From an uncultured Gemmatimonadales bacterium (GTDB lineage: Bacteria > Gemmatimonadota > Gemmatimonadetes > Gemmatimonadales > Gemmatimonadaceae), in the NCBI GenBank assembly GCA_963851265.1, contig CAWKNZ010000007.1, forward strand, positions 512,001-576,000: a stretch of 64,000 bases of DNA, written 5' to 3'. A program made the translations under genes and the position numbers. Shown piece by piece: positions 38,404 to 48,052 of the stretch (positions are counted from its first letter, which is position 1; every line of letters starts with the position of its first letter). The notes below the pieces were generated by a model. The model saw only the letters and a program-made list of their open reading frames with translations, made no database searches and was not told the DNA's origin.

Positions 38404-40701
38404 ATGGCACATACGGACGGAGGTGCGCCGGGCCCGCTGACGGCCGGGGGTGTGGAGGAGGAGGCTGCCCGCCTCTTCGCCGGCCCCGGCGCGATGCGGG
38501 CCCTTTGCCGCATGCACGATTGGGCGGGAACGCCGCTCGGCCCCGTCGCGGCATGGTCGCCGACGCTTCGCCTGGCTGTCCGGCTCTGCCTCGACGCGGG
38601 CTTCCCGACCTGCCTCTACGCGGGCGACGATCTGGTGCTCGTCTACAACGACGGCTTCATCGCGTCGCTCGGCCGGAAGCACCCGGATGCGCTGGGGCGC
38701 CCCGCGCGGGCGGTGTGGGCCGAGCTCTGGGCGCAGTCCGCCCCCGACTTCGCGCAGGTCCGGGCGACCGGCGCCCCCGTGTTCCACTACGACCAGCGGT
38801 TCGTCTTCGACCGCGGCGCCGACGTACCCCAGGAAGCGTTCTTCACCTTCGCTTTCTCGCCCGTCCACGACGAGGACGGCGCGCTCGTCGGCGTGCTCAG
38901 CACCATCAGCGAGACCACCGCCCGCGTGCGTGCCGAGGCGGCCCTCGCGGCCGAGCGCGAGACGCTTCGCGCACTGATCCTCTCGATGCCCGCGCCGCTC
39001 GCGCTGCTGGATGGCCCCGACCACCGCTATGTGCTCGTGAACGACGCGTTCCGGCGAATCATCACCGCCGGGCGTGACGTCACCGGCCTGACCCCCCAGG
39101 AGGCCTTCCCCGAGCTCGCCGGGACGGGGATGTTCGAGCACAACGCCCGCGTGTACGCGACGGGCGAGCCGTGGATCGGCCCGGAGACGCCGGTGCGCTA
39201 CGACCGGGACGGCACCGGGCTCCAGGACACCTGGTTCGACCTGCGCTTCGAGCCGGTCCGCGATGCCGAAGGGCGGGTCACGGCGATCCTCCACTTCGCC
39301 GTCGAGGTGACCGAGCAGGTGCACGCCCGGCGCTCGGTCGAGGAGCTGCTCGCGGCGGAGCGGGCGGCGCGCCGCCGCATCGAGCGCCTGCTGGCGGCCT
39401 CGTTCGCGCTGACGGCTGCGGCGACGCCGGCCACCGTCGCGGCCGTGATCGCACGCGACGGCGCCGCGCTCGTGGAGGCGGACGCCGGCGCGGTGTATCT
39501 CCGGATGTCCGCCCACGGCGAGACCGGCGGGGGCGAGGCTTCCCCAGGCGCTGACGGCCTTCGCCTGCTCTCGGAGACCGGGTTCGAGGCACCGGCGACT
39601 GATGAGTTCGGTTGGGTGCCGCTCGAGGCCGCCGTCCCCGTCGCCGAAGCGGCGCGGACCGGGGAGCTGGTCTTGCTCGAGCACCGCGCGGCGCTCGCCG
39701 CGCGGTACCCAGCGCTCGCTGCGTCCATCGCGCGTGCCGGACGCGCGGCGCTGCTGGCCGCCCCACTCCGGGTGGGCGACCGGGTCATCGGCGCGCTCGC
39801 CTTCGCCTACGACGCGCCGCGGGCGTTCAAGGCCGAGGAGCGTGGATTTGCCGCGGTGCTCGCGCAACAGTGCGCACAGGCGCTGGAGCGCGCGGGCCTA
39901 TTGGCGGCCGAGCGCGCGGCCCGGGCCACGGCCGAGACGGAGCGTGCGGCCGCCGAAGCCGCGCGCCGCGCCGCCGAGGCCGCGAACCGCGCCAAAGGCG
40001 AGTTCTTGGCCGTGATGAGCCACGAGCTCCGCACGCCGCTCAACGCCATCGGCGGCTACGCGGAGCTGATCGAGCTGGGGATCCACGGGTCCGTGACGGA
40101 GGCGCAGCGCACGGCCCTCGGGCGCATTCAAGCCAGTCAGCGACATCTCCTCGGGCTCATCGCCGCCGTGCTCGATTATTCCCGCATCGAGGCCGGGGCG
40201 GTGACGTACCGGCTGAGCGACGTGCCCGTCGTCGAGGCGGTCGCGGAGGCAGAGGCGCTCGTCGCGCCTCAGCTCCGAAGCAAGGGGCTGGGCTACGCGT
40301 GGTCGGGCGTACCCGCTGGCCTGTCCGTCCGGGCCGACCGCGAGAAGCTGCAGCAGGTCCTGCTCAACCTGCTCGGCAACGCCGTCAAGTTCACCGACGC
40401 GCGCGACGGGGCGCCGGGGCGGATCGAGGTGACGTGCGCCGACGAGGGCGGGGCAGACGACATGCTCGGCCGCGTGCTCCTACGCGTGCACGACACGGGT
40501 GTGGGAATCGCAGCGGAGAAGCTCGCGAGCGTGTTCGAGCCGTTCGTGCAGGCCGACCAGCGGCTCACGCGCCCGCAGGAGGGGGTCGGGCTCGGGCTGG
40601 CGATCAGCCGCGACCTGGCGCGCGGCATGGGCGGCGACCTGACGGCCGAGAGCACGCTGGGTGTGGGGAGCACGTTCACGCTGACGCTCCCGCGCGCCTA
40701 A
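38404..40701 (+). CDS. PAS-PAS-GAF sensor histidine kinase (orphan)
   Basis: MSHELRTPLNA, NLLGNAVKFT, DTGVGI, GVGLGLAI; GAF LAAPLRVGDRVIGAL; GGAG upstream. Confidence 0.92.
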   Translation: MAHTDGGAPGPLTAGGVEEEAARLFAGPGAMRALCRMHDWAGTPLGPVAAWSPTLRLAVRLCLDAGFPTCLYAGDDLVLVYNDGFIASLGRKHPDALGRPARAVWAELWAQSAPDFAQVRATGAPVFHYDQRFVFDRGADVPQEAFFTFAFSPVHDEDGALVGVLSTISETTARVRAEAALAAERETLRALILSMPAPLALLDGPDHRYVLVNDAFRRIITAGRDVTGLTPQEAFPELAGTGMFEHNARVYATGEPWIGPETPVRYDRDGTGLQDTWFDLRFEPVRDAEGRVTAILHFAVEVTEQVHARRSVEELLAAERAARRRIERLLAASFALTAAATPATVAAVIARDGAALVEADAGAVYLRMSAHGETGGGEASPGADGLRLLSETGFEAPATDEFGWVPLEAAVPVAEAARTGELVLLEHRAALAARYPALAASIARAGRAALLAAPLRVGDRVIGALAFAYDAPRAFKAEERGFAAVLAQQCAQALERAGLLAAERAARATAETERAAAEAARRAAEAANRAKGEFLAVMSHELRTPLNAIGGYAELIELGIHGSVTEAQRTALGRIQASQRHLLGLIAAVLDYSRIEAGAVTYRLSDVPVVEAVAEAEALVAPQLRSKGLGYAWSGVPAGLSVRADREKLQQVLLNLLGNAVKFTDARDGAPGRIEVTCADEGGADDMLGRVLLRVHDTGVGIAAEKLASVFEPFVQADQRLTRPQEGVGLGLAISRDLARGMGGDLTAESTLGVGSTFTLTLPRA

Positions 40702-41840
40702 CTGGATTCGCCCGCCGGTCCTGACGCGTCGGTGCCGGCATCGCCGCGAGCGGGGATTCGTTCGAGCGCCCACGCCGCGTGCTCGCGCACGAGCGGCTCG
40801 GGGTCGGCGAGGGCTTGCCGGAGCACCCCCACGTCCTCCACCGTGCCGACGTTGCCGAGCACCACCGCGGCATTGCGCTTGAGCCCGCGCAGCTTGGCGC
40901 GCTTCATCGGCGAGCCGCGGAACGCGGAGGAGAAATCCTCCTGCGTCATGCCCAACAGCTCGCGCGCGAGCGTACGCGCGTCCTTGCCCGCCAGCGCCTC
41001 GCGCGATGCGAAAGGCGACGCCGCGGGAAGTGAACCCGCGAATCGCTGGTTCCACGGGCACACGTCCTGACACACGTCGCACCCGTAGAGCCGGTCCCCC
41101 ACGCCCTCGCGCAACGCCGCCGGGATCTCCCCCCGCTGCTCGATCGTGAGGTACGAGATACACCGCGTCGCGTCCAGCACCCGGGGCGCGACGAACGCGT
41201 CCGTGGGGCACGCGTCCAGACAGCGCGTGCACGACCCACACCGGTCGGCCTCGAACGGCGCGCTCGGCGGCAACTCGGCCGCGAGCACCAGCACGCCGAG
41301 GAAGAAGAACGACCCCCGCCGCGGGTGGAGCAGGTTGGTGTTCTTGCCGAACCACCCGAGTCCGGCGCGCCGCGCGAGGTCCCGCTCGAGGATCGGCCCC
41401 GTGTCGGCGTACGCCTTGCCCGCCACCGCAACGCCTAACGTCGCGTCCAGCCACGCGTGCAGCGCGCGCAGCTTCGCGACCAGGACGTCGTGGTAGTCGT
41501 CGCCGCGCGCGTAGCGGGCGACCGGCCCCGCCGGCTCGCGCCCGCCGTAGTCGAGCGCGACGACCACGGCGCTCAGCGCGCCGGGGTAGGGCAGGCGCGT
41601 GTCGCGCCGCTTGTCCGCGCCCCGCGCGAGGTACGCCATCTCGCCCGCATACCCCGCCGTCAGCCAGTCCTCGAACGCGCCCGCCGTCTCCGCTGGCCCC
41701 AGGCGCACGAAACCGACGAGGTCGAAGCCGAGCGCGTAGCCCTCCGCCTCGAGCCGTCGCGCGATCGACTCGTCGACCACCGGCGCCACGGTCGCGTCCG
41801 GCGTGCTCGCGTCGAGCGCTTTCGCCTCGAGCGCGCTCAC
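40698..41840 (-). CDS. queG: tRNA epoxyqueuosine(34) reductase
   Basis: ARYARGDDYH, DTGPILER, GKNT, CGSCTRCLDACPT, CISYLTIE, GCDVCQDVCPWN. Confidence 0.95.
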   Translation of the reverse strand: MSALEAKALDASTPDATVAPVVDESIARRLEAEGYALGFDLVGFVRLGPAETAGAFEDWLTAGYAGEMAYLARGADKRRDTRLPYPGALSAVVVALDYGGREPAGPVARYARGDDYHDVLVAKLRALHAWLDATLGVAVAGKAYADTGPILERDLARRAGLGWFGKNTNLLHPRRGSFFFLGVLVLAAELPPSAPFEADRCGSCTRCLDACPTDAFVAPRVLDATRCISYLTIEQRGEIPAALREGVGDRLYGCDVCQDVCPWNQRFAGSLPAASPFASREALAGKDARTLARELLGMTQEDFSSAFRGSPMKRAKLRGLKRNAAVVLGNVGTVEDVGVLRQALADPEPLVREHAAWALERIPARGDAGTDASGPAGESS

Positions 41841-42085
41841 CGCTGGCGACCGATCCAGCGCGCGTAGCGCACGACCTCCTCCGGCGCCGGCAGCGCGTCC
41901 TCGTCGCCGTACGCGGTCAGCATGCGCCAGCGCACGTACGGCATCGACGGCACCGGCAGGAAAGGCGCGCGCCGCCACCACGCGCGTCGCCGAAACCGCC
42001 AGCCCACGCGGAGCAGGTCGATCGCGAGTGGCGGCCACACGACGGCGCGCAACGTGAGAGGGGCGAGAAGTCGGATCCAACGCAC
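41837..42085 (-). CDS. Small hypothetical protein coupled to queG
   Basis: WWRRAPFLPVP..YVRWRMLTAYG; stop overlaps queG start (GTGA). Confidence 0.65.
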   Translation of the reverse strand: MRWIRLLAPLTLRAVVWPPLAIDLLRVGWRFRRRAWWRRAPFLPVPSMPYVRWRMLTAYGDEDALPAPEEVVRYARWIGRQR

Positions 42086-42108
42086 GCCACAATCTCGCCC
42101 GCACGGTC

Positions 42109-42360
42109 ATGCTCTACCAACTCGCATCGCTCGCCGGGGCGGCGATGATCCTCGCCGCGTACGTCGCGTACCAGCGCGGCTGGCTGGGCCGCGAACATCG
42201 CAGCTACAACCTGCTCAACTTCGTCGGCTCGGCGATCCTCGCCTGGATCGCCGTCGCCGACCGCCGCTGGGGCTTCATCGTGCTCGAAGCGTCGTGGGCG
42301 CTCCTCTCCCTGCCTCCGCTGCTCCGCCGCACGCGGGTCGACCGCGAGCCGCGGAGCTGA
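42109..42360 (+). CDS. CBU_0592-like small membrane protein
   Basis: GAAMILAAY, YNLLNFVGS, GFIVLEASW pattern. Confidence 0.75.
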   Translation: MLYQLASLAGAAMILAAYVAYQRGWLGREHRSYNLLNFVGSAILAWIAVADRRWGFIVLEASWALLSLPPLLRRTRVDREPRS

Positions 42361-42393
42361 ACCCGCGCCTCGCGGCCGCGGCGACGCCCGCGC

Positions 42394-42588
42394 CTACTGG
42401 CCGACCGCGCTCCGGATCATCGCCGTCAACTCGGCCGGGACTCGCAGGGCGCGCGAGGTGCCCGACGCGTCACCCTTCGGACGCCCGCCGAGTCCGCCGA
42501 TGAACGCGACCGCGCCGAACAACACCACGAACGCCACCGCGATTGCCCACGGCAACCACCCCGGATACCGCCTCTCGACATTCGCCAT
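42394..42588 (-). CDS. Small single-TM hypothetical protein
   Basis: GGAGG upstream; one strong hydrophobic helix. Confidence 0.5.
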   Translation of the reverse strand: MANVERRYPGWLPWAIAVAFVVLFGAVAFIGGLGGRPKGDASGTSRALRVPAELTAMIRSAVGQ

Positions 42589-42695
42589 TCCCCCACCTCC
42601 CATGCGTCAGATCCCAACAGCGTCGAGCGCACCACGCGGGGCATCGGGCAGGCCAGAGACGCCGGATCCGGACGATTGCGGGAGGGAACGCGCGA

Positions 42696-42724
42696 AAGGC
42701 CCGTGGCGTCACGCCACGGGCCTT
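42696..42724 (-). terminator. Intrinsic terminator after rpsU
   Basis: AAGGCCCGTGGCG / CGCCACGGGCCTT stem, TTT on minus strand. Confidence 0.7.
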
Positions 42725-42745
42725 CGGGAACGACGTCGAGTCAGG

Positions 42746-42934
42746 TCAGACGCGCGTCGGCTTGCGCTTCCGGCGGCGCGCCGCAGCGGACTTGAGCTGG
42801 CGGGCCTCGCTCGGCTTCACGTAGTGACGCTTCCGGCGCAGCTCCTGAAGGATGCCGGCCTGCGTGACCTTCTTCTTGAACCGCTTGAGTGCCCAGTCGA
42901 GCCGGTCGCTCTCTTCGAGCCGCACTTCGATCAT
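42746..42934 (-). CDS. rpsU: 30S ribosomal protein S21
   Basis: ALKRFKKK..AGILQELRRKRHYVKPSE; AGGAG RBS. Confidence 0.92.
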   Translation of the reverse strand: MIEVRLEESDRLDWALKRFKKKVTQAGILQELRRKRHYVKPSEARQLKSAAARRRKRKPTRV

Positions 42935-43102
42935 CGAGTTTCTACTCCTGACGTGAGGCGCGCCCGCAATCGGCCGGGGTGGCCGGGGTCGGGACAACGC
43001 GTGGGCCGTTTCCGGCCGCACGGGTGCCGGACCAGCTCCGATCGGGCGGACGCCCGCGAACCACGCAAGCTACGGACAGCCGGAGGGGAGCGCAACCGTA
43101 TG

Positions 43103-44437
43103 TCACCCGGCCGCGCGCTGCGGTCGCCGGGGAACGTAGCTCTCCAGATCAAACCCGAGCAACAACGTCGACGCCACCACCACGGCCGCGATCACGAACG
43201 GCACCCCGACCCCGAGCCGATCGAACGCGAACCCGGCGATCAGCGGGAACAGCGCGCGCGACGCGCCGCCGAACGTCTGCTGCACGCCCATGTACAACCC
43301 CCGCTCGTTTCCGGCAACCACGCGCGAGAGCATCGCCGTCACGCACGGGAAGGTGAACGCGGCGCCGAGCGGCATGAGCGCGACCGAGAGCGCCAGCTGC
43401 CAGAGCGCGTGCGTCAGCGGCAGCGTCCCGAGTCCGATCCCCAGCAGCACGATGCCGATGCGCGACAGCCGCGCCTCACCGAACCGGTCGATGAGCCAGC
43501 TCAGCAGGAACGCGCGCGTGATCACCGACAGCACGCCGACGTAGGCGAAGAAGTACCCGATCGTGTCGGCCGTCACGTGATACCGCGTCGCCAGGAACAG
43601 GGCGAGGATGGAATTCACGCCCTGGAAGGCGCCGATCGCGACGGCGTAGATCAGGATCAACCGCGACGCCGACTCGGCCGGATGCGCGACCACCCGGAAC
43701 ACGGCCTCGCCAGAGCGCCGCGGCGGCGCGACCGCCTTGTGCTGGCCCGTGGCGCCGGTCGCCCCCGGCTCGCGCGCCTCCTTCAGGTACGTCCACGCGA
43801 ACACGATGTTCACCGTGCAAAGCGCCGCCGCGATGAGCCCTGGCGCCTTGTGGCTCAGGTGCGTCGACCACGACCCGATCACCGGGCCTAACGCGACGCC
43901 GGCGTTGGTCGCGGCCGAGAGCCATCCGAGCGACTTCGCGCGGTCCTCGGGGCGCGTCGCGTCGGCGACGTAGGCCTGGATCACGCCCGTCGTCCCGCCC
44001 CCAGCTCCCTGGACGAGCCGCGACAGGAACAGCAGGACGAGCGACGTCGCGAAGCCGAAGATCACGTACGCGATCGCGGACGCGCCTAGCGCGATCACCA
44101 GGGCGGGGCGGCGGCCGTAGCGGTCCGAGAAACGCCCCCAGAGCGGCGCCGAGATGAGCTGCGCCACGGTGAACGCGCTCACCAACAACGCCGTGATCTG
44201 CCCGACGCCGAGGTGGTAGCCCGCGACGTCGAAACCGTGGCCGCCGAGCGCCTTCACGTAGAACGGCAGGAGCGGGATGACCATCAGCACGCCGATCATG
44301 TCGACGAACGCCGTGATCATCAGGATGACGAGCTTCCCGAGCTCCGAGCGCGTGGTCGATCCGCCCGGGTCGCGCGCCGGTGCGGCGTCGGGGGCTGATT
44401 CGGACGTCGAGGTGCGCGCCGCGGGGGGCGCGCTCAC
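43103..44437 (-). CDS. MFS transporter (TetA/DHA1-like)
   Basis: Motif A GRFSDRYGRRP, RLVQG, AYVAD, GPVIG; about 12 TM. Confidence 0.92.
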   Translation of the reverse strand: MSAPPAARTSTSESAPDAAPARDPGGSTTRSELGKLVILMITAFVDMIGVLMVIPLLPFYVKALGGHGFDVAGYHLGVGQITALLVSAFTVAQLISAPLWGRFSDRYGRRPALVIALGASAIAYVIFGFATSLVLLFLSRLVQGAGGGTTGVIQAYVADATRPEDRAKSLGWLSAATNAGVALGPVIGSWSTHLSHKAPGLIAAALCTVNIVFAWTYLKEAREPGATGATGQHKAVAPPRRSGEAVFRVVAHPAESASRLILIYAVAIGAFQGVNSILALFLATRYHVTADTIGYFFAYVGVLSVITRAFLLSWLIDRFGEARLSRIGIVLLGIGLGTLPLTHALWQLALSVALMPLGAAFTFPCVTAMLSRVVAGNERGLYMGVQQTFGGASRALFPLIAGFAFDRLGVGVPFVIAAVVVASTLLLGFDLESYVPRRPQRAAG

Positions 44438-45285
44438 GCGCGCGTGCCCAGTGCGGCCGGGGGCGTCGCGCGGCCGACCACCCCGGCCAGCGCGACGATC
44501 GTGAGGACGTAGGGGATCATCTGGACGAATTGCGAGGGGATCAGCTGCGTGCCTTGCAACTGGATCTGGAACGCCTCCGCCGCCGCAAACAGCACGCAGG
44601 CGACTGCGACGCGGCGCGGGTCCCAGCGCCCGAAGATCACGGCCGCGAGCGCGATGAAGCCGCGCCCGGCGGTCATGCCGTCCGTGAACTGGTGCTGATC
44701 GAGCGCGAGGTACGCGCCGGCGAGCCCCGCGAGCACCCCGGACAGCGCGACCGCCGCCCACCGCACGCGGGCGACGCGCACCCCGAGCGTGGCGGCCGCC
44801 TCGGGCTTCTCGCCCACGGCGCGCAGTCGCAGCCCGAACGGTGTGCGGTACAGTAACCACCCCACGGCCGGCAACGTCGCGAGCCCGATCCAGACCACCG
44901 GGTTCACGTACTCCGACGCGAACCCCGGCACCCGCGGCGAGTTACTGGAGCTGCCGAACGCGAAGCGCAGAAAGAACCGCGTGGTTCCCACCGCGAGCAG
45001 GTTGAGCGCGACGCCGACGACCACCTGGTCGGCGCCGAAGCGGACCGCCGCGAGCGCGAGCAGTAGCGCGAGCAGCACGCCGCCCACCACGCCGCACGCG
45101 ACCCCCGCCCACGGCGAACCGAACGCATAGCTCCCCGTCGCCGCGCCGAAGGCGCCAGCGAGCATGAACCCCTCGAGTGACAGCGCGATGATGCCCGCCC
45201 GCTCGCTCACGACGCCGCCCGCTGCGGCGAGGAGGTACGGCACGACGATGCGCAGCGTCTGCGCGAGGAACGCGAGCACCGTCAC
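44434..45285 (-). CDS. Nucleoside-type ABC transporter permease
   Basis: SERAG, GLRLRAVGEKPEAA, GRGFIALAAVIFGRW, PYVLT. Confidence 0.9.
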   Translation of the reverse strand: MTVLAFLAQTLRIVVPYLLAAAGGVVSERAGIIALSLEGFMLAGAFGAATGSYAFGSPWAGVACGVVGGVLLALLLALAAVRFGADQVVVGVALNLLAVGTTRFFLRFAFGSSSNSPRVPGFASEYVNPVVWIGLATLPAVGWLLYRTPFGLRLRAVGEKPEAAATLGVRVARVRWAAVALSGVLAGLAGAYLALDQHQFTDGMTAGRGFIALAAVIFGRWDPRRVAVACVLFAAAEAFQIQLQGTQLIPSQFVQMIPYVLTIVALAGVVGRATPPAALGTRA

Positions 45286-46421
45286 GCGCCGGTCGCCCGC
45301 GGACGGAGCGCCGCCGCCGACGCGCTCCGCAGCACGCGCCGCACCTCGGGCACCGCGGTCACCACGGCGAGGATCACCACGGCCTGCAGCACGTCGACCA
45401 TCTGCTTGGGCACGAGTGCGTTCACCGCGAGCCCGCCCTGCGACAACGTCGCGAAGAGCAGCGCCGCCAGCACCACGCCGGCCGGGTGGTTACCTCCGAC
45501 GAGGGCGACGGCGATCCCGAGAAAGCCGGACCCGGTCGCGAACCCCTCCTCGTAATAGTGCTTGTAGCCGAGCACGAAGTTGAGCCCGCCGAGACCGGCG
45601 AGCGCGCCCGAGAGCGTCATCGCGCGCACCCACACGCGGCCGACGCGCACGCCGCCGTACTCCGCCGCGTCGGGCTGCAGCCCGACCGCGCGGAACTCGT
45701 AGCCGACGCGCGTGCGGAACAGCAGCCACCACAGGGCTGCCGCCGCGAGCAGGGCGACGACGAACGACGCGTTCGCCGCCGAGCCGTGGAACGCCGTCCA
45801 CACGTCGCTCAGGCGGGCGACGGTGCCGGCGTGCAGCTCGGGGGTGTGCAGCGTCTCGGGCACGTGCAGGTGCGCCGCGATCACGTAGTTGAGCGCGGCG
45901 AGCACGACGAAGTTGAGCATGATCGTCACGATCACCTCGCTGGCGCCGAACCGCGCGCGCAGCCACCCGGGCAGCGCACCGACGGCCCCGCCGCCGACCA
46001 TGGCCGCGATCACGCAGCAGGGCACGGCCAGCAGTCCGGGCGTCCCGACGGGGAACGCGAGCCCGACGAGCGCCGCCGCGAACCCGCCGACCGCGAGCTG
46101 ACTCTCTGCCCCGACGTTGAACAGCCCCGCGCGCGCCGCGGCCGCGAACGCGAGCCCCGTGCAGGCGAGCGTCGTCGCCTTGTACAGCACCTGGCCGAAG
46201 CCGTACGCGTTCGCCCACGTGCCCTCGATGAGCAGCCGGTACACGCTTCCCGGCGCCTGCCCGTACAGCAGGATCAGCAGGTCGCCGACGAGGAGCGCTA
46301 CGAGCAGCGCCACGACGGGCGGCAGCACGCCCTCGACCCACCGCCGCTCGACCCACCGCCGCTCCAGCCGCGCCGGCGCGGTGCGCCGCGGCACGGTCGC
46401 CTCGCGCACGGCGTCGCTCAC
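45282..46421 (-). CDS. Nucleoside-type ABC transporter permease
   Basis: GLFNVGAESQ, EVIVTIMLNF, GFLGIAVAL. Confidence 0.9.
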   Translation of the reverse strand: MSDAVREATVPRRTAPARLERRWVERRWVEGVLPPVVALLVALLVGDLLILLYGQAPGSVYRLLIEGTWANAYGFGQVLYKATTLACTGLAFAAAARAGLFNVGAESQLAVGGFAAALVGLAFPVGTPGLLAVPCCVIAAMVGGGAVGALPGWLRARFGASEVIVTIMLNFVVLAALNYVIAAHLHVPETLHTPELHAGTVARLSDVWTAFHGSAANASFVVALLAAAALWWLLFRTRVGYEFRAVGLQPDAAEYGGVRVGRVWVRAMTLSGALAGLGGLNFVLGYKHYYEEGFATGSGFLGIAVALVGGNHPAGVVLAALLFATLSQGGLAVNALVPKQMVDVLQAVVILAVVTAVPEVRRVLRSASAAALRPRATGA

Positions 46422-48052
46422 GCGGCCGCCCCGGTCATCAGCGGCCCGAGGCGTTCGACCGTGACTTCCGCGCGCGGCAGCACGGCGGCAAACCGCCCGC
46501 GGTACATCACGGCCACCCGGTCGGCGAGCGCGAGCACCTCGGCGAGGTCGGCCGAGACGAGCAGCACGGCCTTGCCGGCCGCGCGCGCCCGGCGCAGCTG
46601 GTCGTGGATGAACTCGATCGCACCCACGTCCACGCCGCGCGTGGGCTGTGCCGCGAGCAGCACGTGATAGTCGCGGCCGGTCATCTCGCGCGCGACGACG
46701 ATCTTCTGCTGGTTACCCCCCGAAAGCGCCCGGGCCGGGAGCCCCGGGTCGGCCGGCCGGATGTCGAATTCGGCCACCAGCCGGCGCGCCGTGTCGGCCA
46801 CGCGCCCGCGGTCGAGCGTGGCGCCGACGAGGCGCGCGAGCGCACCCCGCCGCACGTAACGGTGCTGCAGCCCGAGCACGAGGTTGTCGGCCACGGAATA
46901 GTCGAGGAGGAGGCCGCGTCGGTGGCGGTCTTCGGGGATGTGCGAGAGTCCGGCGTCCGCGCGCGCGCGCACGTCGAGCGCGGTCACGTCGCGCCCGGCG
47001 AGCGTCACGGTCCCGCCCGCGATCGGCGTCAGCCCGGCGATGGCCTCGATGAGCTCCGTCTGCCCGTTCCCCTCGACGCCCGCGACGCCGAGAATCTCGC
47101 CCGCGGCGATCTCGAACGACAGCGCGTCGACCTCGCGCGCGCGGCGCGGCGAGGCGACCGTGAGGTCGCGCACCGTGAGGGCGGGGGTGCCCGGCGCGAC
47201 GGCGGGCGCGACCGCGGGCGCGACCGCGACGCGTCCGGCCGCCCCGGCGACCGCCGCACCCAGCCCGGTCGCGCCCACCACCGCCTCTGGCGCCGCATCG
47301 AGCGCGAGCGCCACGTCGCGCCCGACCATCGCCCGCGCGATCTCGCGCGGGGTGGTGTCGGCGGTGCGCATGCGCGCCACGGTCGCGCCGGCGCGCATGA
47401 CCGTGATGGCGTCCGACACCTCGACCACCTCGTCGAGCTTGTGCGTGATGAGCACCACCGTCCCGCCGGCCGCGACGAGCCCGCGCAACACGCCCCATAG
47501 TTCGCGCACCTCGAGGGGCGAGAGCACCGCCGTGGGCTCGTCGAGGATGAGCAGTCGCGCGCCGCGGTAGAGCACCTTGAGGATCTCGACCCGCTGCGCC
47601 TCGCCGACGCTCAGCTCCGCCACGGGCCGTCCGGCAGGCACCACGAGCCCGGTCTGCTCGGCGAGCGCACTCACCTCGCGCTCGGCACGCGCGCGGTCGA
47701 GCGCGAGCCCGCGCGTCAGCTCGCGGCCCAGCACCACGTTCTCCGCCACGGTGAGCGGCGGGACGAGCATGAAGTGCTGGTGCACCATGCCCACACCCGC
47801 CGCGATCGCCTGGGCCGTCGTCCAGCCCGTGACGTCACGCAGCGCACCGGCGGCGTCGCCCACCTGCACCGTGCCCGCGTCGGGCGCGTACATCCCGGCG
47901 AGGATGCGCATGAGCGTGCTCTTGCCCGCGCCGTTCTCGCCTACGACCGCGTGGATCTCGCCGCGCGCCACCTCGAGTGACGCGTCGCGGTTGGCGACGA
48001 CGGGGCCGAACGCCTTCGCCACCCCGCGCACCACCACCTCCATCGCGCTCAC
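46418..48052 (-). CDS. ABC transporter ATP-binding protein (two ATPase domains)
   Basis: GENGAGKS, ILDEPT, LSGGNQQK, QPTRGVD. Confidence 0.95.
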   Translation of the reverse strand: MSAMEVVVRGVAKAFGPVVANRDASLEVARGEIHAVVGENGAGKSTLMRILAGMYAPDAGTVQVGDAAGALRDVTGWTTAQAIAAGVGMVHQHFMLVPPLTVAENVVLGRELTRGLALDRARAEREVSALAEQTGLVVPAGRPVAELSVGEAQRVEILKVLYRGARLLILDEPTAVLSPLEVRELWGVLRGLVAAGGTVVLITHKLDEVVEVSDAITVMRAGATVARMRTADTTPREIARAMVGRDVALALDAAPEAVVGATGLGAAVAGAAGRVAVAPAVAPAVAPGTPALTVRDLTVASPRRAREVDALSFEIAAGEILGVAGVEGNGQTELIEAIAGLTPIAGGTVTLAGRDVTALDVRARADAGLSHIPEDRHRRGLLLDYSVADNLVLGLQHRYVRRGALARLVGATLDRGRVADTARRLVAEFDIRPADPGLPARALSGGNQQKIVVAREMTGRDYHVLLAAQPTRGVDVGAIEFIHDQLRRARAAGKAVLLVSADLAEVLALADRVAVMYRGRFAAVLPRAEVTVERLGPLMTGAAA

